Notes under the pieces: generated by a model
What the model saw: only the letters and a program-made list of their open reading frames with translations
The model's database searches: none
Told to the model about the DNA's origin: nothing
Part shown: one piece after another, positions 1 through 9,976 of the stretch
How the letters are laid out: every line of letters begins with the position of its first letter
Position numbering within the stretch: the first letter of the stretch is position 1
Virus record (IMG/VR): IMGVR_UViG_3300042377_000720
Length of the DNA: 64,000 bases
Strand: one strand, 5' to 3'
Source: an uncultured virus (IMG/VR IMGVR_UViG_3300042377_000720)
Lineage: Duplodnaviria > Heunggongvirae > Uroviricota > Caudoviricetes
Program-made: the position numbers and the translations under genes

Positions 1-1
1 T

Positions 2-166
2 TGGGATAATACATATGGTGTTGAAGATAGATTTGTTGTTATGAACTATAATGGGGATGATACGGTTGAAGTTTATTTAGTTAGTGAAAATACTATAACA
101 TCAGTAACAACTCAAGATTATAGTAGTGAAGAATCTACGAATGATTGGATTTATCAAAATGACTAA
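2..166 (+). CDS. 3' end of a hypothetical protein running in from the window edge
   Basis: Open frame WDNTYGVEDRFVVMNY...WIYQND ending in TAA at 164-166; not in the ORF track. Confidence 0.6.
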   Translation, partial: WDNTYGVEDRFVVMNYNGDDTVEVYLVSENTITSVTTQDYSSEESTNDWIYQND

Positions 167-185
167 AAATTAAAAAAAATAGATT

Positions 186-428
186 ATGAAAATATTAGAT
201 ATTGATGTTAAAGTCATCAAAGACAAACAAAAAATTAAAAGGTTTCAAAAAACCTTTAACACTAATGAACCATTAACGGTTGAACACATTAAAGGTGTTA
301 TTAAAAATGAAATGGGATTTCCATTTGAAATAGTAAAAGAAGAATTTTACTGTAAGTCAAATGAATTAAAAAATGAAGATAACGCACCATTTAAATCAGG
401 TAACGAATTTATTTTAACAATTAAGTAA
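186..428 (+). CDS. hypothetical protein (80 aa)
   Basis: ATG..TAA; TAATG overlap couples it to the next gene. Confidence 0.7.
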   Translation: MKILDIDVKVIKDKQKIKRFQKTFNTNEPLTVEHIKGVIKNEMGFPFEIVKEEFYCKSNELKNEDNAPFKSGNEFILTIK

Positions 429-796
429 TGGAATTTTTTATCAGACAAGGGGCATCTGAACCCATATTGAAAATGAAACTAATTGATGATGGTAAAAATG
501 ATAAATCATCATTCAATGACTCATTGGAATTATGTGACATCACATTTGATATGTATGATGTGGTTACTGGTGAACCTGAGATTTTAAATTCCGATTGTCA
601 AATCACAACGAGAGACAAAAAATACAACCAAACAACTGACGAGTACTATATTGTTCATAGATTTACTGAATCTCAAACAATTAAACCCGGTAAGTACGAA
701 GGTAAAGTTACAATTCAATTCTTAAACACCAGTCTAAGTCCAACGACAAAGTTAATTTTACCCGTAAAGGAAAAATTATTTATTACCATTTTTTAA
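428..796 (+). CDS. BppU N-terminal-like virion structural protein
   Basis: MEFFIRQGASEPILKMKL...PGKYEGKVTIQF...LILP resembles the baseplate upper protein N-terminal Ig-like domain. Confidence 0.5.
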   Translation: MEFFIRQGASEPILKMKLIDDGKNDKSSFNDSLELCDITFDMYDVVTGEPEILNSDCQITTRDKKYNQTTDEYYIVHRFTESQTIKPGKYEGKVTIQFLNTSLSPTTKLILPVKEKLFITIF

Positions 797-814
797 TTTA
801 TCAATATATTTTTG

Positions 815-822
815 TATATTTG
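815..822 (+). promoter_or_regulatory. Bacteroidota-type sigma70 -7 element (TATATTTG) upstream of the DNA polymerase
   Basis: Exact TAnnTTTG match in the intergenic gap, 63 nt before the ATG. Confidence 0.5.
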
Positions 823-885
823 GCCCTAAGACAAACTATGACAATTCCGTCATAAGATAATGGGTCAACTAAAAAATATACAAAT

Positions 886-3783
886 ATGGCAGAAGTAATT
901 TCTCAAGAAACCATCGAGGGTTTCTTAAATGGTTGGGACCCCGAAGAATTCATAGTAGGGGTTGAGTATGACTACAGAACCAACAAAATCTACAAAATTA
1001 TCCAAGACCCCGAAAAGGGTAAAATCGTTAAACAGGACACAATTGTCCCCTTTCTTTGGGTTGGAGACCTAACGGGATTTAATTTCTATCAAAACAACAA
1101 GGCACTCCAAAAGAAAAAAATGGGGGAATACGGTATTCTGATTGAAAAATTGGAAACCCATGGTAATGAACGTCTTGAACTTGGTATGACCTACTTAGTT
1201 AAGTGCATGAAAGGGTACACCGAGTTAATTAACTTTTTTAAACAAGGTGGTATCGACCCATGGGGTGAAAAAACAAAACAGTTGTTTACCATTTTGAACC
1301 CCGCAGAACAATATTTGATTCAAAAGAAAAAAAGATTGTTTAAGGGTATTGAGGAGTATAGTGGTGTTCATCGATTCGTATTCGATATCGAGACCACAGG
1401 TTTAGACCCCGAAACTTGTAATATCATTTTGATTGGAGTTAAGGACAACCGTGGTGTAACTGAGACCATCTCTGCCTTTGGTGAAGATGGAGAAAAGAAA
1501 TGTATTGAGAGATTCTTTAATGTTATTAGAGAATTAAAACCAACTATTATTGGTGGATATAACTCAGCATTCTTTGACTGGCCGTTTATATTAAAACGTG
1601 CCGAAATATTAGATGTTGATGTGAGTTCTCTTACTCAAATCCTTACATCACAAGGAATCAAAGAGAAAAAGGGAATGTTAAAACTTGCGAATGAGCAAGA
1701 AGATTACACTCAACACGTAATTTGGGGATTTAACATTATTGACATTGCACACTCAGTTCGTAGAGCACAGGCAATCAACTCAGAAATTAAATCGTGGGGA
1801 TTGAAGTACATTACGAAGTATTTGGAAAAAGAAAAAGAGAATCGTGTTTACGTTGATGGTGCGTGGATTTCAAAGATTTATTTAGATAACGAAAGTTATT
1901 ATTTAAATCCAAAAACAGGAAAGTATAAAAAAATCGGTGATGTTGGAACTGAAGGTTTATTAGAGAAATATCCCGGTAAGTTTGAAATATGGACAGGTCG
2001 TAAAATCGTCGAACAATATCTTGACGATGACTTGTATGAAACTATGATTGTTGATGATTCATTCAGTCAATCTACGTTTCTACTTTCGAAAGTCGTACCC
2101 ACCACATATGAGAGAATCGCAACGATGGGTACCGCAACATTGTGGAAGATTATTATGTTGGCGTGGTCATACGAAAACAATTTAGCAATACCGGCAAAGG
2201 ACGAAAGACGTTCAATTACAGGAGGTTTATCTCGTTTATTGAATGTGGGTTATGCAAAGAACATTGTTAAGTTTGACTACTCGTCACTATATCCATCTAT
2301 TCAATTAGTATACGATGTGTTCCCCGATTGTGATGTTATGGGTGTACAGAAATCAATGTTAAAATACTTCCGTAACATTCGTATCAAATACAAACATCTT
2401 GCTGGTGAATTAAAATCAAGTGACCCCGTTGCATCTGAGATGTATGACCGTAAACAGTTACCGATTAAGATTTTTATCAACGCATACTTTGGTTCGTTAT
2501 CTGCACCACACGTATTCCCATGGGGTGACATGAATATGGGTGAAACGATTACATGTACAGGTCGTCAATGTTTACGTATGATGATTATGTTCTACATGAA
2601 GAAAGGGTATAAACCACTCGTAATGGATACGGACGGTGTAAACTTTGAGACCCCCGACAATATTAATGATACGGTTTATATAGGTAAGGGTTTAAATGAA
2701 TTAGTTATCGAAGGTAAGGAATATCGTGGGATTGAGGCGGACACCGCGGAGTTTAACGATATCTTTATGAGAAATGAAATGGGTTTAGATATTGATTATG
2801 TGGCACCTTCATGTCTTAATGTATCGAGAAAAAATTACATAATTAAATTAAATAAAAAAGGTAAAGAGGTTATTAAATTAACAGGTAACACCATTAAATC
2901 TAAAAAATTATCACAATATGTTGTTGACTTCTTAGATGAGGGATTAAAATACCTTTTAGATGGTGATGGTTTGTCTTTTGTAGAACTTTACTACAAATAT
3001 GTGGGGATGATTTATAATCAAGAAATTCCTTTGGCAAAAATTGCCAATAAATCTCGTGTTAAACAATCCGTAAATGAATATAGAAAACATATTCAGAAAA
3101 CAACTAAGTCAGGTTCGTTAATGTCAAGACAGGCCCACATGGAATTAATTCTTCAAAATGATTATCCCGCTGGTCTTGGTGAAACCATATACTATGTAAA
3201 CAATGGTTTTAAAAAATCAGATGGAGATGTTCAAAAGGTTACTAAGGCAACTAAAAAACAACAAGAGGATTTTTTAGCGAAACACGGAACAACAATCCCC
3301 GACAATTATATTCAAATCAATTGTTATATGATTCCTGAAAAGGAGATTATGGATAACCCCAATTTAACGGGTGAATATAATATTGCTCGATATCTTACCA
3401 ATTTTAACAAACGAGTGGAACCACTATTGGTTGCATTTAATCCATCTATTCGTGAGGATATTTTAATTGAGGACCCGAAGGACAGACAATACTTTACTAA
3501 AACACAATGTGAACTTGTGAGTGGTTTCCCATTAAAAGAAGAGGGTCAAGATAAGTTTGATGAAGTAATGACTTTATCTGATGGTGAGGTTATATTTTGG
3601 AATAGAGTACAACGAGACCCATTCTTTATGTATGTAGATAACAGTCTTGAATTGGTCGACCAATATTGGGTTGACCACAACAGAAAAGTTGTAAAACTAC
3701 AAGAGGCGAGTATCAAGAGTAATGAAGATGAAATAATCGAAACCAATGGAATCGATTATGCATTTCATGTAATTGAAAGTTAA
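886..3783 (+). CDS. polB: DNA polymerase family B with 3'-5' exonuclease
   Basis: Exo I FDIETTG, Exo II GYNSAFFDWPF, motif A DYSSLYPSI, motif B KIFINAYFG, motif C MDTDG. Confidence 0.95.
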   Translation: MAEVISQETIEGFLNGWDPEEFIVGVEYDYRTNKIYKIIQDPEKGKIVKQDTIVPFLWVGDLTGFNFYQNNKALQKKKMGEYGILIEKLETHGNERLELGMTYLVKCMKGYTELINFFKQGGIDPWGEKTKQLFTILNPAEQYLIQKKKRLFKGIEEYSGVHRFVFDIETTGLDPETCNIILIGVKDNRGVTETISAFGEDGEKKCIERFFNVIRELKPTIIGGYNSAFFDWPFILKRAEILDVDVSSLTQILTSQGIKEKKGMLKLANEQEDYTQHVIWGFNIIDIAHSVRRAQAINSEIKSWGLKYITKYLEKEKENRVYVDGAWISKIYLDNESYYLNPKTGKYKKIGDVGTEGLLEKYPGKFEIWTGRKIVEQYLDDDLYETMIVDDSFSQSTFLLSKVVPTTYERIATMGTATLWKIIMLAWSYENNLAIPAKDERRSITGGLSRLLNVGYAKNIVKFDYSSLYPSIQLVYDVFPDCDVMGVQKSMLKYFRNIRIKYKHLAGELKSSDPVASEMYDRKQLPIKIFINAYFGSLSAPHVFPWGDMNMGETITCTGRQCLRMMIMFYMKKGYKPLVMDTDGVNFETPDNINDTVYIGKGLNELVIEGKEYRGIEADTAEFNDIFMRNEMGLDIDYVAPSCLNVSRKNYIIKLNKKGKEVIKLTGNTIKSKKLSQYVVDFLDEGLKYLLDGDGLSFVELYYKYVGMIYNQEIPLAKIANKSRVKQSVNEYRKHIQKTTKSGSLMSRQAHMELILQNDYPAGLGETIYYVNNGFKKSDGDVQKVTKATKKQQEDFLAKHGTTIPDNYIQINCYMIPEKEIMDNPNLTGEYNIARYLTNFNKRVEPLLVAFNPSIREDILIEDPKDRQYFTKTQCELVSGFPLKEEGQDKFDEVMTLSDGEVIFWNRVQRDPFFMYVDNSLELVDQYWVDHNRKVVKLQEASIKSNEDEIIETNGIDYAFHVIES

Positions 3784-4902
3784 TTAGATTACGTTATACG
3801 GAGATTGGAAGGGTCTATACTTTAATGCCTTATTAAGGTTTTCTGCTTCATTCCCTTTTCTCTCAAGAATTTTGTCAGGACGAAGTCTTTCCAATCTCTG
3901 CATTAACTCTTCGATTAGTTTTAACTTTTCATCTTTACCTTCAGTTAACAATGAAGTGTAATCCAATTTAATTTGACTATCAGGTACTTGTATATCACCC
4001 GAGTACTTACCCCAAATTCTTCCTAACCCTTCTTTAGAATATGCAATAAGATATTTTCTAACCCAGTTTTGTGCTGGTTTATTTAACATATCCCACGTCA
4101 ATTGTTCAACGTCAACATCTGAAGGTAATTTGATGATATCTTTGTTTTTATCTAAACACGTATCTCTATCCATGGTGTCATAATACCAATACCAAACCTT
4201 ACTACGGTTGTTTTGAATAGAACCAAAATCGAATCTACCACCCGGTACATTATATAAGTGAACTACTTTGGTACTATTAGGTCCCGCCGTTATTCTATAG
4301 GTTAAATCACCACCGATTAATCGGTTTTTAAGATTTCTATCACCCATTCTTAATAAAAGGTCAAATGCGGGTAACATAAAGTAAGAACCCGATGTACCTT
4401 GTTGTGCAAAACCACCCACACCACCAAAACCAACACCACCAAGACCACCAAATCCCCCTAAAAACGGGTCAACGATAGAATCGGTTAATTCCGCTCTTGA
4501 GAACCATAATAATTCATTTATTTCTCTTCCTGCGGGAACAATATAGGTTTGTGTGTTTGCTGATAATTCAAAATAGTCTTTTTTAAGTTCAGAGTTTCCA
4601 CCTGTTTGTAAACCTACGATTTTAGAATATGCATGTGAAAATTGTGTTTCATAATCCAAACTTCTGGTTGTGAATGCACGAGTTAAAGATTGGGTATCAA
4701 CATCTATACCGATTAATGATGACCATTGTGACTCGATTAACCAATCGTTCACGTATTGTTCGTATTCAGAAAGTGACAATTCTAAAAACGTATCCATTTG
4801 TTCCTCAGTAAGTTCAATACCTCTAACAGGTAATCCTAATAAGTGGAATACTTGAGTGTATAACTTCTGTTTTTCAGGATTTGTAATAATCGTAGCAGAC
4901 AT
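3784..4902 (-). CDS. neck/head-completion protein, T4 gp13-like
   Basis: N-terminal LLGLPVRGIELTEEQMDTFLE and C-terminal WVRKY..A.SKEGLGRIWGKYSG match the gp13 pattern; late motif upstream. Confidence 0.7.
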   Translation of the reverse strand: MSATIITNPEKQKLYTQVFHLLGLPVRGIELTEEQMDTFLELSLSEYEQYVNDWLIESQWSSLIGIDVDTQSLTRAFTTRSLDYETQFSHAYSKIVGLQTGGNSELKKDYFELSANTQTYIVPAGREINELLWFSRAELTDSIVDPFLGGFGGLGGVGFGGVGGFAQQGTSGSYFMLPAFDLLLRMGDRNLKNRLIGGDLTYRITAGPNSTKVVHLYNVPGGRFDFGSIQNNRSKVWYWYYDTMDRDTCLDKNKDIIKLPSDVDVEQLTWDMLNKPAQNWVRKYLIAYSKEGLGRIWGKYSGDIQVPDSQIKLDYTSLLTEGKDEKLKLIEELMQRLERLRPDKILERKGNEAENLNKALKYRPFQSPYNVI

Positions 4903-4915
4903 ATTTTGTTTTATC

Positions 4916-4923
4916 TATAAATA
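4916..4923 (-). promoter_or_regulatory. putative late motif TATTTATA for the neck gene
   Basis: Same motif precedes most structural genes, always on the sense strand. Confidence 0.55.
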
Positions 4924-4927
4924 TTCG

Positions 4928-4935
4928 TATATTTG
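4928..4935 (+). promoter_or_regulatory. Bacteroidota-type -7 element (TATATTTG)
   Basis: TAnnTTTG 19 nt before the TTG start at 4955. Confidence 0.5.
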
Positions 4936-4954
4936 AGTTATTAATTGAAATGTT

Positions 4955-6148
4955 TTGAAACTAAGAAGTAATATTAAATATAAAGACGGTAAGTTTGTTT
5001 ACCTTTTAAAGAAAATATGTTCCGGAAATGGTCAATATAAGGAAGTTAAGAGGTATTTGAAGGTTAGTTGGGACGCCATTTATGTAAAATATTATACAAA
5101 ATATAATCAATACGGTACTTGTGTTCACAATGAAATGACCGGTGTTTTGACACCTTTCGGAGGTTGGTCGAGAATTAATCAATTCAACACTCACCCTACT
5201 TGTAATGAATATATTTCACAATATCTGAACCAACAGTTATCAAATGACTTCATTGCTAGAGGTATTGATGAGTTTGAAGGGAGAAAGGTTGAGTTAATAC
5301 AATTCGACAAAACAAACACAACGATTGAATACGCATTCAGTGAATTGGAAAAGTATTTCTTTTGGTTAAATCATTACGGAGATAAAATATTCAAAGACCA
5401 AAGTACTTTAACTGACAATGATTTCTTATCGATATTAATTGACAAATCAATAAGTACAATGGGTGTAGGGACATTAGCGGAGTTGTGTGTTGAGTATTTG
5501 TTTAGGTCTAAACTAATAAAATACAACGTATACCGAAGTTCCACCATTAAAGGTAATAAAGACGATTTCAATGGGGTCGATTTATACACCACCGAAAAAT
5601 CAGATGAGAGTATTGTAAAAAAATACCAAGTAAAGTCCGCTAAAATTTATGACGGTAATACAATCTACAGTCCAATCAATACGAAGTTCTACAACCAAAT
5701 GGGTGTTGATTACTTAGTAATAACAGAAATGAATATTAAGTATACCCCAAATGAAATTACAATAAACCCAACAAGGATGTTGTTTTTTAGAATGGACCCA
5801 AATTTATTTACTGAACAAAAACATTTAAACAGTGGAGACACATATACATTCGACCCAAAATCAATCATGATGGAAGAACCAATTAGCCAAATTTTTAAAT
5901 CGAAGATTTTTTACGAATTCTTCATGTACTGTACCAAACATGGATTACAATTCATAATGGATGTTGATGACACTACGTCGGCAACATACGATGAAAATAT
6001 GAAATCCGTAAGTATAAAATTACCTACTGACGACAAAAAATATGTCGACCAACCTATCATCGATGTGTGGAAGGAAATCATTAACAAAATAGAAACGGGT
6101 ACAAATATGGAAAATTCTCTAAAAGATTTAGAGAAGTTCCATAAGTAA
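4955..6148 (+). CDS. hypothetical protein with PD-(D/E)xK-like nuclease motif
   Basis: GTLAE..VE...DDFNGVDLY...YQVKS pattern in the middle of a 397-aa ORF; start codon uncertain. Confidence 0.5.
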   Translation: MKLRSNIKYKDGKFVYLLKKICSGNGQYKEVKRYLKVSWDAIYVKYYTKYNQYGTCVHNEMTGVLTPFGGWSRINQFNTHPTCNEYISQYLNQQLSNDFIARGIDEFEGRKVELIQFDKTNTTIEYAFSELEKYFFWLNHYGDKIFKDQSTLTDNDFLSILIDKSISTMGVGTLAELCVEYLFRSKLIKYNVYRSSTIKGNKDDFNGVDLYTTEKSDESIVKKYQVKSAKIYDGNTIYSPINTKFYNQMGVDYLVITEMNIKYTPNEITINPTRMLFFRMDPNLFTEQKHLNSGDTYTFDPKSIMMEEPISQIFKSKIFYEFFMYCTKHGLQFIMDVDDTTSATYDENMKSVSIKLPTDDKKYVDQPIIDVWKEIINKIETGTNMENSLKDLEKFHK

Positions 6149-7879
6149 TGATTGTGCAAAACTCTCAGAGTATTCACCATCACCCATAACTTGGTCAATA
6201 ATACCTTTCTTCTTTTGTAAGATATTATAAACGATTCTTTCAATAGTGTTCTCAAATACAGGATAGTAAACGAGGACACTATTTTTTTGCCCGTATCTAT
6301 ATGCCCTATCTTCCGCCTGTGAATGGTCAGAAGGAACAAACGATAAGTCATTCATAATAACAGTCTCCGCCGCAGTTAAGGTAATACCCACACCACCGGC
6401 CTTAATGTTAGATATGAAGATTTTAATCTTATCATCGTTTTGAAAACGGTCAACACTTTCCTGTCTTCTATCTTTTGACATTCTACCATCAAGAGTAACA
6501 GAGTTCTTCTTATACTTCTCATGTATCATATCGAGACTCATTGTGAAGTTTGTAAACACAATTACTTTCTTACCTTGTTCAATAAACTTTTCAATTAATT
6601 CACATGTATATGGTACTTTTTCATATGCAATAACCTGTCTAATTTTCATCAGACGATTAAGTGTTACCGTAATTGATTCTTTCTTTTGATTGTCTTTAGA
6701 AATTCTCATGAAATCCTCCAACTCTTCATCATAGAACGTACTCTTTAAATCTAAGAAAACAGGTGTGATAATTTTTTCAGGTAAATCGAGGATATCCGTT
6801 TTCATTCTTCTAAGAACAATGTTTTTAGTCATATCTCTTAATTCATCGAGATTACTTGCACCACTTGTGTTCCAAATCTTTTTACCTCCGACATTAAATT
6901 GATATCCGGCACAATATCTCCTAACAAAACTTTGCCAATTTAACGCGATTGGTGAATTAACTAATTTTAATAAATTATAATAATTAATTGGTCTCGATGT
7001 CATCGGAGTACCAGTTAACAACCACACTTTAGGTATTTGTTTGGCGATATCGTTGATTAATTTTGTTCTTTGTGCGGTTGGGTTCGAAACATAGTGTGCC
7101 TCGTCGATTATAACGAGGTCAAACCCTTCTTTAACTATTAATTGGTATGATTCACTATCTTCAGAGTTTTCGGTCGTGTGGTAGTTCTTAATGATGTCAT
7201 AGTTGATAATATAAAAATCAAATGTGGACCCCCATTTACGACCTTCAACAATTAACACCTTTTTATCGGTGTAGTTATCGATTTCACGTTGCCAGTTAAT
7301 CTTCAAAGATGCGGGACAGATAATTAATACTTTCTTTGCCCCACTCTCAAGTGATGCAATAATTGCTGATGTTGTTTTACCTAATCCCATATCATCGGCA
7401 AGTATGTATTTGTTATTTGCCAATAATTTTTCAATTGCCACCTTTTGGTGTTCCATTGGTGCTCTATGTGAGTATGGACTATAATCCACTTCTCTGTTTA
7501 GTTTCTTTTCTTCTTGAATAATTGACGACTTTGGTAACCATAATGAATAGTTCTTCTCAGTCTCAACTACTTTACCCCAAATGTGGTATGCCTTATCACT
7601 TTCACACAACAATTTCTCACACCATATCTTTTCAGGGACATAAGTGAGATGTTTACTTTCCATAATTGTACTCGCAAAGTTTTTAGAAATGTTTAGATAT
7701 TTTTTAGCAACACGAGGTACCGTCTCATGATATTTCAAGACGTATTCTGCCTGAGGTCGAGTCAATTGAAAGTTTTTAACTTTAGAAAACTTTTCTTTCC
7801 AATCCAACAACTGATTGTTGAATCCTTCGTAACTTAATAAGATATCCCTCGCCTCTATCTCGGGTATTTTATTCTGCAT
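6128..7879 (-). CDS. SNF2-family helicase/translocase (SMARCAL1/HARP-like)
   Basis: LADDMGLGKT, DEAH, LTGTP, GVGITLT, QAEDRAYRYGQ. ATG at 7879 preferred over the 7954 start, which overlaps the next gene. Confidence 0.9.
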   Translation of the reverse strand: MQNKIPEIEARDILLSYEGFNNQLLDWKEKFSKVKNFQLTRPQAEYVLKYHETVPRVAKKYLNISKNFASTIMESKHLTYVPEKIWCEKLLCESDKAYHIWGKVVETEKNYSLWLPKSSIIQEEKKLNREVDYSPYSHRAPMEHQKVAIEKLLANNKYILADDMGLGKTTSAIIASLESGAKKVLIICPASLKINWQREIDNYTDKKVLIVEGRKWGSTFDFYIINYDIIKNYHTTENSEDSESYQLIVKEGFDLVIIDEAHYVSNPTAQRTKLINDIAKQIPKVWLLTGTPMTSRPINYYNLLKLVNSPIALNWQSFVRRYCAGYQFNVGGKKIWNTSGASNLDELRDMTKNIVLRRMKTDILDLPEKIITPVFLDLKSTFYDEELEDFMRISKDNQKKESITVTLNRLMKIRQVIAYEKVPYTCELIEKFIEQGKKVIVFTNFTMSLDMIHEKYKKNSVTLDGRMSKDRRQESVDRFQNDDKIKIFISNIKAGGVGITLTAAETVIMNDLSFVPSDHSQAEDRAYRYGQKNSVLVYYPVFENTIERIVYNILQKKKGIIDQVMGDGEYSESFAQSLLMELL

Positions 7880-7929
7880 ATATTCTAAATATAAGAAATT
7901 AGAATGAATAATGGAACTATTTATTGGGT

Positions 7930-8442
7930 ATGAAACATAAGTTACCAATAACAAGACTTAGTAAATTTTTCTCTGAAACCGATTTTGATTTAAATGTTCA
8001 AATGGGTCAGGAATATTTGCATGGTGATTTGAATATGAAATTGGTTGTTTTTCGTGTCGATAGACAAAAGACAGATACCGATGAAGTATACGCTGAAGTT
8101 GGTAAAGACCAAATCAAATTTTTACCTCCTGTTGAGTTTAATGCATTGGTAAAAATTGAGGAACCAAAAAATACCACATATAAAGGTGGTTTAGGTAGAT
8201 ATTTGGAACCTGGTAATATGACTGTTTCTGTTTATATGAGACATTTAGAGGAACTCGAAATAGATATAAGATACGGAGATTACATTGGGTATCCTGAATC
8301 TGAAGAAAGAATTAGATATTATACCGTTACAAATGATGGTAAAGTAACCTCAGACAATAAACATAGTATGTTTGGATTCAAACCATATTATAGAACCATT
8401 CTTTGTGTTCCAACACAGGAATCAGAATTTCGTGGAATTTAA
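7930..8442 (+). CDS. putative neck/head-closure protein (gp14-like)
   Basis: Sits before the tail-terminator-like gene; VYAE..KDQIKF, YLEPGNM and GDYIGY patterns; TATTTAT 5 nt before the ATG. Confidence 0.5.
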   Translation: MKHKLPITRLSKFFSETDFDLNVQMGQEYLHGDLNMKLVVFRVDRQKTDTDEVYAEVGKDQIKFLPPVEFNALVKIEEPKNTTYKGGLGRYLEPGNMTVSVYMRHLEELEIDIRYGDYIGYPESEERIRYYTVTNDGKVTSDNKHSMFGFKPYYRTILCVPTQESEFRGI

Positions 8443-8444
8443 AC

Positions 8445-9698
8445 ATGGGAATACCTAAAAGAAAAAATAACATCCAAGTCTACGGAGTTAAATCCGATAT
8501 GAACGGACCCGATATTGTCGGCAGAAGAAAAGAGTTACTTGAGAGAATAACCAAGTCAGACACTTTTTTACCTGATTCGATTTTACACGAGGACCTTGAC
8601 TTAGGTATGCTCGATTTTGTTAAAGAACATTTTAAGATTATATCTGACGGAGACCAAATTCCGATTATCCCGAGAATATTAACAATTCAAAGATGGGGTG
8701 AGATGTCAAACAATTGGACATTTGCCGATGAGGATGGTAATATGAAACTACCATTTATGGCGGTTATTAGAAGACCCGACGTTCAACCCGGTACAAACCC
8801 TGTTGTTCAAAGAACAATTCCCGATAGGAGAGACTTTTTCTATGCATCGGTTCCAACATGGAACGGAACTCAAATGGGTGCGGACATATACAAGATACCT
8901 CAACCCGTGGCAATTGACATTACTTTTGATGTGACCATTGTTTGTACAAAGGTTAGAGACGTAAATAGATTTAATAAAATCGTTTTACAGAAGTTCTCTT
9001 CACGTCAATCGTACACAAGTGTAAAAGGACACTACATTCCGATTATATTGGATAGAATCGAAGATAACACACCAATGGACTCATTGGACGGTAGAAGGTT
9101 CTATATCCAAAACTACACATTTACAATGTTAGGGTTTTTAATTGACGACGAGGAGTTTGAAGTTAAACCAGCAATCAGTAGAATGTTTCTTTTGAATGAG
9201 TTTATCGCAAGTAATAACTTTGCGAAAAAATATATTAATAAAACCATTGAAATTACGGTGGCAACGTTCACCGCCGATGGTTTACAAACCGTTTTTAGTG
9301 TTGGTGAAAGTATTAATGTCCTCTTTACCGTTGCGATTAATGGTCTTGTACAAGTTAGAGATGATGATTATTACCACATCCCCGGAACGTCTAAAATAAC
9401 CTTTGCATCTCCACCTGATGAGAATGATGTTATTACCATCACATACTTTAAAGGTAGAAACGATACATTTATTGATACCTTCGGTAAACCATTACAAGTT
9501 ACAAATGAAACTTTTGTATATGATGGTTCCACATTGGAATTCACAACCTCATCACCAATAGATAGTATTGTCAGTTTAGACATCAACGGTCTTGTTGAAG
9601 ATGAAGGGTCGGGATTTGAAGTATCAGGTAACTATAAAGTTAAACTACTCGGAGCCCCTGTTATCGGTTCAAAAATTGGCGTGGTTTACCTAAGTTAA
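8445..9698 (+). CDS. tail terminator/sheath stabiliser (gp15-like) with two C-terminal beta-sandwich repeats
   Basis: LPFMAVIR and PQPVAIDITFDVTI resemble gp15; repeats FTADG...INGLVQ...ITF..PP...ITITY and FVYDG...INGLVE...P..GSKIGVVY. Confidence 0.55.
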   Translation: MGIPKRKNNIQVYGVKSDMNGPDIVGRRKELLERITKSDTFLPDSILHEDLDLGMLDFVKEHFKIISDGDQIPIIPRILTIQRWGEMSNNWTFADEDGNMKLPFMAVIRRPDVQPGTNPVVQRTIPDRRDFFYASVPTWNGTQMGADIYKIPQPVAIDITFDVTIVCTKVRDVNRFNKIVLQKFSSRQSYTSVKGHYIPIILDRIEDNTPMDSLDGRRFYIQNYTFTMLGFLIDDEEFEVKPAISRMFLLNEFIASNNFAKKYINKTIEITVATFTADGLQTVFSVGESINVLFTVAINGLVQVRDDDYYHIPGTSKITFASPPDENDVITITYFKGRNDTFIDTFGKPLQVTNETFVYDGSTLEFTTSSPIDSIVSLDINGLVEDEGSGFEVSGNYKVKLLGAPVIGSKIGVVYLS

Positions 9699-9853
9699 TC
9701 TCCATATAAATCTTTCTTTTTTGGTTTACAGGTCTCCTCAATCCATTTTTGGACAACCTTATAAATCTTCAATCCGTTTTTATCGCAATAATCTTTTAAC
9801 ATCTCATGGTGTTTCTCACTGACTTTGATGTTTTTTAAGTTTTCTTTTGTCAT
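9695..9853 (-). CDS. small ribbon-helix-helix DNA-binding protein (52 aa)
   Basis: MTKENLKNIKVSEKHHEMLKDYCDKNGLKIYKVVQKWIEETCKPKKKDLYGD*; RHH pattern; TATTTAT 4 nt upstream on the minus strand; below the ORF-track cutoff. Confidence 0.7.
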   Translation of the reverse strand: MTKENLKNIKVSEKHHEMLKDYCDKNGLKIYKVVQKWIEETCKPKKKDLYGD

Positions 9854-9931
9854 AAAGATAAATAATGATAAAAAAGGATTTTTAAATATCTTTTTTTAAA
9901 AAACTTACGAAATCTTTGCTAGAATCAAAGA

Positions 9932-9939
9932 TATTTATA
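9932..9939 (+). promoter_or_regulatory. putative late motif TATTTATA for the sheath gene
   Basis: Recurrent motif; abuts the inverted repeat ATCTTTG-N7-CAAAGAT. Confidence 0.6.
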
Positions 9940-9976
9940 GAATAACAAATAAAATAAATAAACCAAACAATTAAAA

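Noticed and set aside
5911..6351. 146-aa minus-strand ORF and other short nested ORFs in the track
   Set aside because: They overlap well-supported genes in other frames and have no recognisable motifs or upstream signals.
7880..8444. ORF-track starts at 7954(-), 7924 and 8403 (also 37618)
   Set aside because: These are non-ATG extensions overlapping neighbours or promoter motifs; ATGs at 7879, 7930, 8445 and 37636 fit better.
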